NCBI GenBank assembly: GCA_038127595.1
Contig: JAYPIC010000036.1
Span: 3,988 to 16,957 of the forward strand
Length of the DNA: 12,970 bases
Direction of reading: 5' to 3'
Source: a bacterium
Lineage (GTDB): Bacteria; Fidelibacterota; Marinisomatia; Marinisomatales; UBA1611
Notes under the pieces: generated by a model
Databases searched by the model: none
What the model was told of the DNA's origin: nothing
What the model saw: only the letters and a program-made list of their open reading frames with translations
Position numbers and translations under genes: made by a program
Part shown: one piece after another, positions 7,101-12,970 of the stretch
Numbering within the stretch: the stretch's first letter is position 1
How the letters are laid out: each line of letters opens with the position of its first letter

Positions 7101-9863
7101 AATCAATATAAGGTATCAAAAGAAAAAATATCTTCTCGTCAAATCACCTTTAATCAACAATTGAATGTAGAATTATCCTTGTGTAAAGATGTTGAAGTCA
7201 AACTAAAGGATAAAATACTTGAGGCTGCCTCCGAAGTAAAAGCTATAGAGGATAAAATAAGTTTTAAGTCTGGGAGTACATATGCAACTTTCATGAAACA
7301 AACTATAGATATAGATGAAAGCCAAGCCAGCGTTTTAGTTAGTGATTCTATTTTAAATCATCAAAATTCTATTTCTCTCATTAAGAAAGATTTACGGGTT
7401 GAAAAACAAGAATTATCAAAAAAAATATTGAATCATAAAAAAGATATAAAAAAAATAAGATCAAAAATATCTTTAGCAAAAAAAGATATATTTACATTGA
7501 ATAAAAAAATTAGTGCTACCGAAAAAAGTCAAAGAAAGTTTAATCTGCCATTAAGTAAACTCATTCAATCACAGGAACTACTGGTCAAGGAGAAAGACCT
7601 TGCTGAGAAATCGTTCATTAGTCTACAAGTAAAGGAACAAGAAAATTTAGATGCTCTAGTTCAAAAAAGAACTGCCTTGGAGGACGAGTATAATAAGAAT
7701 GCTAATAAATTAGATAAAATTTATAAGGCAAAATTGAACGAGTTGAAAAATAGAATTAAAAACCAAGAAGATTTAAGATTAATGAAAATAAATCAGAACT
7801 CTAGAAATTTGAAAAAGGTTCTTGAAAAAACAGATCAAAGAATGAATAGAATCGATCAGCTTATTGCAACCGGTGAGGAAGTAATAAGAGAATCTTATTT
7901 AGCTATTGATGAAATAACTAAAAAAAGGAGTCAATTGGGTTCTGCAATTAAAGTTTATGATAAAAAGATATTCATGCTTGATAACAAGTTAGAAAAGACA
8001 AAATATGGATTAAAGATGAAAATGGAATCCAATATTAAAAAGTTAGATAATTTGAAAAATCAAATCGAAAATTCTGAAACAAATAAACTAAATCTTGGCA
8101 AAGATAAAAATGTAATAGAGCTAGAATTAAAATCTTTTGATAATAAGTCTATAAATTTAGGAAGAGACTCTTCTCAAATAGAATTTGACATAAGTCAAAA
8201 TAAGAAAATGGTCGAAGATTTAAAACAAAGAAAAATCAAATTGAATAAAGATAAAAGTATAAATGATAATTATACAGAGCATTCAGAAAAAGAACTATAT
8301 GATAGCTTAAACAATTTAGAAAAGATGTTTGAAAATACAAGAGAGGATTACTCTGGTTTAATAAGTGAGCTTAATACTCTTGATAAAAATAAAGCTGTTT
8401 TAGAAAAAGACGCCAAAATGAGCAGGTTAATATTATCAAGTACAGAAAAAGAAATTTTAGAAAAACTTTCTGATTTTGATTCATTTAGTAAAAAATTACA
8501 ATCTGCAAGAAATAGTCATACTCAAAATTTTTCATTAACCAAAAAAATGTTGAAATCACTACAGAAAGAGTATCAATTTCTCTTTTCTAGTTCAAAAAAA
8601 ATAAAAGAAAATAAAAAACTAGTTTTATCTTACACAGACACATTAATTAATGATAAAAATAAAACTTCTGAGCTATATAACATTCGCTATAAAGAAGGTG
8701 AGAGTAGAGCTGAAACATTAAAAAAAATGAATGAAAACTTTCATATCCTAGAACGAGAGTCTGAACAAAAAAATCAACAATTTCATATTAAAAAAGATGT
8801 AAACGAAAATGAATTAAAAAATATATTGAAAGAGCTAGATGACAATGATAATAAGATTTTTGAACTAAAAACATTAAAGAAATCTGAAACTCATCAATCG
8901 AAAATTTATAAAGATCGAAAAAGTAGTTTAGTTAAAAAAATTGATACTTTAAATCGTGAGCATAAAAAAGATATTCCTGTCATAGATGACCTTTTATCAA
9001 AAAAAGAAAAAACATTATCAAATGTAGATTCAAATCTTGAAAGGTGTTCTAATCGTATTGACACCTTAGAGAGATCTTTGCTACCAAGAAAAAAAGAACT
9101 GGGAATGATCGAAGACCGTAATAAAAATGACCTTCTAGACCTAGAGGATCTTAAAATTGAAAAAAAGAATGTTGATTCAAAAATTAATAATAGTATTGGG
9201 GCAATACGGAAAATAAAAAAGACCATTAAGCATGATACAAAAAAAATTAATTCTGAAAAAATTAAGAATGAAAACTCTATTCAGAACTTAAAATTAAATC
9301 TAGAGCAGAATAACAAATCGGCAGAATCTTTGAGGAAAGATTTAGAAAATAGCATTCAAATTAAAGGTAGTTTAACTAATGAGTTAGAGAGTAAAATTAA
9401 AGAAAAAGATAAAATTAAAGCTAAAATAGGTACTGTGAAAAATCGTTTAGATTCTAGCAAGGATCTTAAAAAATTAATGATGGAGCATAAATCCTTGGAA
9501 AAAGAAGTGAAAAATATGAACCTAAAATTAAATCAGTTTCATGAAAATTTTTCAGCTCTTAGTGCTGGTCTAAACGAATTAAAACAAATTAATCAAGAAA
9601 ACATCGCTCCAATTGAGAAGAATATTTTGGATAAAGAATATGAAGTCTTGAAAGATATTGATGGTATGAAAGAAAATGAAAAAGCGATTAGGGATTATAC
9701 TTTAAGGATTAAACAAGCACCATCAAAACTTAAGAGCTTAGATATTCAATACAAGGATCAAAATAGAACAAAATTCAAATTAGAACTTAAACTTAAAGAA
9801 TCTATAAGAAGTTTAGAGATGTTAAAAAAACGTTCTGAAATGTTTGATTCTTCAATGATGTAA
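4110..9863 (+). CDS. Giant (1917 aa) coiled-coil protein with an N-terminal ArsR/HTH_20-like winged helix-turn-helix domain; function unknown
   Basis: 5.75-kb uninterrupted ORF. aa ~10-85 ([67 protein letters not shown]) follow the ArsR-like wHTH pattern (AL..P.R..IL......T..ELA.......VYYHL..L...GL......G..EKYY). The remainder is K/E/I/L/N-rich heptad-patterned helix with very few Pro/Gly. No TM segment, signal peptide, Walker A/B or ABC signature seen. Confidence 0.85.
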   Translation: MSFENLISNLSDQKVIKAISKPIPKKIISCIGEDSFTASEIADKISFPKEKIYYHIKKLVAFKILTVSETNEIKGIIQKKYRLAEFSSPLKKEILHDDGYENNLYINEKLKTKIIEPGTASKFEYVKAIANKMIGNSSASEIVIQKYQTNSKIKKLSSVIFNTRKDINSVKEKIESIIAQISLYNDSDQLYTNQKRLIEENEQFSKRIDSYKKDIALSNDKISIIKKNYNDEKIKQNITIKELLTKIEKTEKELLIQSNKKDQIESYIKNIYDEDSILKNYEKFNFKNDLSVLNIKKKDLKEEITNIKSQITLRDEKITQIQKAIELIAAQTVSYDNDLNNLLHQTKLFGPSADKVLNNNELLEKNLENELLDLNNRKKEIDDKLISLDESIRSNQKQISTISKSIKPDHKELKSLRAKHEKLLKKQSIISSDIDSINQNKKQLVNAHKDKIDETFDLLKEIEIVIKKNEASKLSEQLKTLAQKKKSLNFKKGLLEKSISSLQEELYQDQSFVENSKTLFQKEYKKELSKYDSIKGKIKKSEDTVLAITSEIEVLKSLIDFHKAVLESLRLFESDTFKINFDSKAIEKNNQDRSLEIILDGYIKTYNWSAAQLKKASSNFNKNKFIKNLDDDDILKESKIVIDISSSLLSIPQKLVELNLKLIETRKSSISYLKKQNIFQSFKEEIKTLNKKKSDLKKNERQLVYKIRSCEKSIKVLNKEKLKNEELLENIQTSISKLKEKSKLLKNNKIDYDFKHVDEIKNIDKTIINVEAANEVLIESLKEQKVINQKREKKLKIFEKLIHSIEKESDKIDSVNHKIKLIEFEDKNISEQKSAAIQKIRQDIDNYESSIIKKKSWISSSRFEENQILGEIRLWKKELNRLNAEKKLINNEIEKSQQVTIQKEEDATSCRDQVINKIRNEMDKEYDQEIIKQKKLKKIYLDNRSKILDEENKIITVIKMKEKNLLDLQKKISKVVEKIQKFKLTKKRELDKFERQINQYKVSKEKISSRQITFNQQLNVELSLCKDVEVKLKDKILEAASEVKAIEDKISFKSGSTYATFMKQTIDIDESQASVLVSDSILNHQNSISLIKKDLRVEKQELSKKILNHKKDIKKIRSKISLAKKDIFTLNKKISATEKSQRKFNLPLSKLIQSQELLVKEKDLAEKSFISLQVKEQENLDALVQKRTALEDEYNKNANKLDKIYKAKLNELKNRIKNQEDLRLMKINQNSRNLKKVLEKTDQRMNRIDQLIATGEEVIRESYLAIDEITKKRSQLGSAIKVYDKKIFMLDNKLEKTKYGLKMKMESNIKKLDNLKNQIENSETNKLNLGKDKNVIELELKSFDNKSINLGRDSSQIEFDISQNKKMVEDLKQRKIKLNKDKSINDNYTEHSEKELYDSLNNLEKMFENTREDYSGLISELNTLDKNKAVLEKDAKMSRLILSSTEKEILEKLSDFDSFSKKLQSARNSHTQNFSLTKKMLKSLQKEYQFLFSSSKKIKENKKLVLSYTDTLINDKNKTSELYNIRYKEGESRAETLKKMNENFHILERESEQKNQQFHIKKDVNENELKNILKELDDNDNKIFELKTLKKSETHQSKIYKDRKSSLVKKIDTLNREHKKDIPVIDDLLSKKEKTLSNVDSNLERCSNRIDTLERSLLPRKKELGMIEDRNKNDLLDLEDLKIEKKNVDSKINNSIGAIRKIKKTIKHDTKKINSEKIKNENSIQNLKLNLEQNNKSAESLRKDLENSIQIKGSLTNELESKIKEKDKIKAKIGTVKNRLDSSKDLKKLMMEHKSLEKEVKNMNLKLNQFHENFSALSAGLNELKQINQENIAPIEKNILDKEYEVLKDIDGMKENEKAIRDYTLRIKQAPSKLKSLDIQYKDQNRTKFKLELKLKESIRSLEMLKKRSEMFDSSMM

Positions 9864-9873
9864 ATATAGTTTA

Positions 9874-10311
9874 ATGATGAACAAAGTAGAAATATTTACT
9901 GATGGAGCTTGTAAAGGTAACCCCGGGCCAGGAGGTTGGGGCGCCATACTGAGGTATGGTACAACTGAGAAAGAAATTTATGGTGCTAGCAAGAATACTA
10001 CTAATAATATCATGGAGTTAACAGCAGTTATAGAATCTTTAAAAAATTTAAATAAGCCTTGTGAGTTAATTATTACCACTGATTCAAAATATGTAAAAAA
10101 TGGAATAACTGAATGGATTCATAATTGGAAAAAAAATGGGTGGAGGACTGCTGCAAAAAAAGAAGTAAAAAATAAAGAGCTATGGATTGAACTAGACTCT
10201 CTTATTCAAATTCATTCAATTACTTGGGATTGGGTAAAAGGTCACTCAGGACATCCCGAGAATGAGCGAGCTGATTTGCTAGCAAACGTAGCAATAGAAG
10301 AATTAAAATAA
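9874..10311 (+). CDS. rnhA: Ribonuclease HI
   Basis: [16 protein letters not shown], TTNNx[40 protein letters not shown]. Catalytic D10, E48, D70, D134 and H124 fall at the E. coli RNase HI positions when counted from ATG 9874 (alternative ATG at 9877). Confidence 0.97.
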   Translation: MMNKVEIFTDGACKGNPGPGGWGAILRYGTTEKEIYGASKNTTNNIMELTAVIESLKNLNKPCELIITTDSKYVKNGITEWIHNWKKNGWRTAAKKEVKNKELWIELDSLIQIHSITWDWVKGHSGHPENERADLLANVAIEELK

Positions 10312-10336
10312 AGATAAATCTCTCTGTCAGGTTAGC

Positions 10337-11368
10337 TTGCAATTAAGAAATTTATCTAACGTTTCCAATATTGACCTAAGGTCAGAAAATGAATTCAAAA
10401 AAGGTTCTATTCCTCAAAGTGTAAACATACCAATTTTAAATAATGATCAATTCAAAAAAGTCGGAATTGAGTACAAAAAAAATGGAAGTGATGCTGCTAT
10501 AGCTTTAGGGCATTCATTGGTTAAAGGATCATTAAAGGGAAATTTGATCCAACATTGGACTGAGCATTTGAAAAAAAACCCAGAATGTTTATTGTATTGT
10601 TTTCGCGGGGGTATGAGATCTGAAATAGCAGTTAAGTGGCTAAGCGAGTGCGGTGTAAAAGTAAACAGATTAAAGGGAGGGTATAAAAATTTCAGAAATT
10701 GGGTGATTTCACAACATCTAGATATAGAAAATTATATTAAAGATTGGATAGTAATTGGTGGATTGACAGGTTCAGGAAAAACAGATTTTCTGCGTTCTTT
10801 TAAAGAGTCAATAGATCTAGAGCGAATTGCTAATCATAGAGGATCTGCTTTTGGTATTAGGGATGGTGGACAGCCTACTCAATCAAATTTTGAAAATATA
10901 TTAACTCTAGATTATCTGAATCACAAATATGAGAAATTGATTCTTGAAGATGAAAGTAGAACAATAGGCAGAGCTGGCTTACCTGGGTTCTGGTATCAAA
11001 AGATGCAAAGTTCAAAGCTTATAATTTTGGAGGTTGATGATGATAAAAGAGCTGAAAATATATATTATGAATATGTATATGATGAATTAAATAATGGGGT
11101 AAACGAAGATATTCTACTAGAAAAATATTTAGGTTCATTGAATAATATCAAAAGAAGATTAGGGAATGTAGTTTATAATAATATTAAAGATTTAATGAAA
11201 ATTGCATTCCATCAAAATGAAAAAGAAATTCATAAGGAATGGATTTTGACTTTACTAACTAGCTATTATGATAAAATGTATAGTTATAAACTAGATATGC
11301 GAAAAGATTTCATTGTTCACAAAGGGGAGATAGAGTCATGCAGGGGTTATATTAATGCTATGCTCTAG
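10337..11368 (+). CDS. mnmH: tRNA 2-selenouridine(34) synthase SelU/MnmH (YbbB)
   Basis: N-terminal rhodanese domain (IDLRSENEF..GSIP..VNIPIL; YCFRGGMRS; LKGGYK) followed by a P-loop domain (GGLTGSGKT), DLERIANHRGSAFG, QPTQSNFEN, EDESRTIG, KRRLG, YYDKMY. TTG start; an in-frame TAA at 10304-10306 limits any upstream extension. Confidence 0.93.
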   Translation: MQLRNLSNVSNIDLRSENEFKKGSIPQSVNIPILNNDQFKKVGIEYKKNGSDAAIALGHSLVKGSLKGNLIQHWTEHLKKNPECLLYCFRGGMRSEIAVKWLSECGVKVNRLKGGYKNFRNWVISQHLDIENYIKDWIVIGGLTGSGKTDFLRSFKESIDLERIANHRGSAFGIRDGGQPTQSNFENILTLDYLNHKYEKLILEDESRTIGRAGLPGFWYQKMQSSKLIILEVDDDKRAENIYYEYVYDELNNGVNEDILLEKYLGSLNNIKRRLGNVVYNNIKDLMKIAFHQNEKEIHKEWILTLLTSYYDKMYSYKLDMRKDFIVHKGEIESCRGYINAML

Positions 11369-12970
11369 GGTCATTATTCATTTTTTGAAAAAATTCAACT
11401 GGTGTTTCACCAATATTTTCTGAACCTATATTTTCAATAAATTTTAAAGCGATAAGGTTATTTCTAATTTCCTCATTTGCGTTTGTTATAGCAACATTTC
11501 TATTTTGGCTTTGAGATAGTTTAATTAAGTCTTCTAAACCAAATATTCCTGATAAGTCAACATTTGGGACCTTTTTCATATCAATTATTACGGGATTGTC
11601 ATTGGGTATTCGATTAAAGGATTTAATCAGTTTTTCAACAGATCCAAAAAATAATGATCCTTTTAGTTTAAGAATTTTGATATTACTATGATTCATTTCA
11701 TTTGCGTCTAAGCCCTTAGCATAATCTGAATCAGAAAAATCAACGAAAGCAAAAACATTTTTTTCTTTAAAAATATTTTTTAAATCTTTTATAGAGCTTA
11801 ATACGGCAAAGATAACACCTATTGTTATTGCTACCATTAGGTCCTCATAAACCGTGATGAATAAAACCATACAAAATATAATTAAATCTTTTGTTGGTAG
11901 TTTATTTATTACTGGTATAATACGATAATCTAATATTTCTATTCCAACTTTGAATAAAATTGCGGCTAAGCATGCGGTGGGTATTTTTGCCACTAAAAAT
12001 CCAAGACCTAATAATACCGCCATTAGTGTAAGGCCATGAACTATTGAGGCAAGAGGAGTCTTACCTCCAAATTTAATATTTGCCACTGTACGCATCGTGG
12101 CGGTAGCTGTAGTAACACCTCCAAGTAAGCCAGCTGCTATGTTAGCCATCCCTTGGCCAAATGTCTCTCTATCACTGCTATGCCTTTTCCCAGTAATATT
12201 ATCAGCAACCTTACAGCTTAATAAACTATCAAGAACTGCTAAGGCAGCTAAAGCAAATGCAGGGCTAAGAAATGAAATAGTTCGACTAAAGTCTGGTATA
12301 TATATTGAAAATATTTGATTAGCATCAGTATTGTCCATTTTATCTCCAATATATGGAATGTCGAGATTAAAAATTTGAGCAACACAGGTACCAACTAACA
12401 ACGCGGTAAGTGGAGCAGGAATTTTATTTAATATTGAATACTTTTTTCCTAAAAAAGGCCACAAGAACAGTATAGCAAGTGAAGGTAACGATACGTATAA
12501 CGCTTCGATGTTAGCATTATTAATTGTATTTGATAAATTAATAATGACGTCATGAATACTTTTTTTGACCTCAAGTCCAACAAAAGCATTTAGTTGAGTT
12601 AGTATAACTATTACTCCTATACCGCACATAAATCCTGCCACAACAGGGTAAGGAGTATAATGGATAAAATGAGATATTCTAGCAAATGAAATGATAACTA
12701 AAATTATTCCACTTAAAAAAATTATTGAAAAAGCTGCAACTAAATCAGGATCATTTGTGCTTCCAATAACGAAAAAACTCATGTATGCGGCTATTTGTGC
12801 AGCTTTTGGAGCAGTAGGGCCGCTAACCCCAACAAGGCAACCGCCGAAAAATCCACCTACAATACCACCAGCTATAGCCCCCCATACACCTGCGATTGGG
12901 CCAAGCTGTGAAATTTCACCAAATGCCAGAGCAAGTGGAAGTGCAATTATCCCAACGGTAATACCCGCAA
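11358..12970 (-). CDS. SulP/SLC26 family inorganic anion transporter (BicA-like) with C-terminal STAS domain, 5'-truncated by the window
   Basis: The frame stays open upstream of the ORF-track ATG (12782) to the window edge (first full codon at 12968): AGITVGIIALPLALAFGEISQLGPIAGVWGAIAGGIVGGFFGGCLVGVSGPTAPK, the typical SulP TM1-TM3 region. Also PYPVVAGFMCGIGVIVI, DSLL, HSSDRETFGQGMANI, RTVANIKFGGKT, and STAS motifs LKGSLFFGS and IIDMKKVPNVDLSG. Confidence 0.93.
   Translation of the reverse strand, partial: AGITVGIIALPLALAFGEISQLGPIAGVWGAIAGGIVGGFFGGCLVGVSGPTAPKAAQIAAYMSFFVIGSTNDPDLVAAFSIIFLSGIILVIISFARISHFIHYTPYPVVAGFMCGIGVIVILTQLNAFVGLEVKKSIHDVIINLSNTINNANIEALYVSLPSLAILFLWPFLGKKYSILNKIPAPLTALLVGTCVAQIFNLDIPYIGDKMDNTDANQIFSIYIPDFSRTISFLSPAFALAALAVLDSLLSCKVADNITGKRHSSDRETFGQGMANIAAGLLGGVTTATATMRTVANIKFGGKTPLASIVHGLTLMAVLLGLGFLVAKIPTACLAAILFKVGIEILDYRIIPVINKLPTKDLIIFCMVLFITVYEDLMVAITIGVIFAVLSSIKDLKNIFKEKNVFAFVDFSDSDYAKGLDANEMNHSNIKILKLKGSLFFGSVEKLIKSFNRIPNDNPVIIDMKKVPNVDLSGIFGLEDLIKLSQSQNRNVAITNANEEIRNNLIALKFIENIGSENIGETPVEFFQKMNNDPRA

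Noticed and set aside
8906..9226. 106-aa minus-strand ORF
   Set aside because: Antisense shadow of the K/E/D-rich coil (F/S/L/R-rich), with no independent evidence.
4110..9863. Annotation of the giant protein as SMC/SbcC/MukB or a phage tape-measure protein
   Set aside because: No Walker A/B, ABC signature, hinge domain or zinc hook. No Ala/Gly-rich or TM segments typical of tape measures, and no phage genes nearby.
9874..10311. RNase H as part of a retroelement, retron or defence system
   Set aside because: It is a canonical stand-alone RNase HI, and no reverse transcriptase, integrase or ncRNA is evident in the window.
10337..11368. Selenocysteine (UGA) recoding near selU
   Set aside because: No in-frame TGA in the called genes; all end in TAA or TAG, and the SelU active-site residue is an ordinary Cys codon.
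12097..12318. 73-aa plus-strand ORF
   Set aside because: Antisense to the conserved SulP core.

Overview
AT-rich bacterial chromosomal window (roughly 25-30% GC by eye; the gene set would fit a marine metagenome-type lineage, but taxonomy cannot be determined here). Five genes lie on the + strand: (1) a lipase maturation factor (LMF1) family membrane protein that is open to the left edge and probably fused to an N-terminal DCC1/DUF393 thiol-disulfide domain; (2) an M13 neprilysin/PepO zinc endopeptidase with a probable lipoprotein signal; (3) a 1917-aa protein made of an ArsR/HTH_20-type winged helix followed by about 1750 aa of Lys/Glu-rich coiled coil, with no ATPase motifs; (4) rnhA; (5) selU/mnmH. 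A SulP/SLC26 (BicA-like) transporter with a STAS domain converges on the - strand and is truncated by the right edge. The most unusual element is the giant wHTH-coiled-coil protein. Its upstream region carries a near-perfect 24-bp palindrome and five TTGTAAA/TTTACAA heptamers, and it is closely coupled to rnhA. No RNA genes, CRISPR arrays or mobile elements were recognised.
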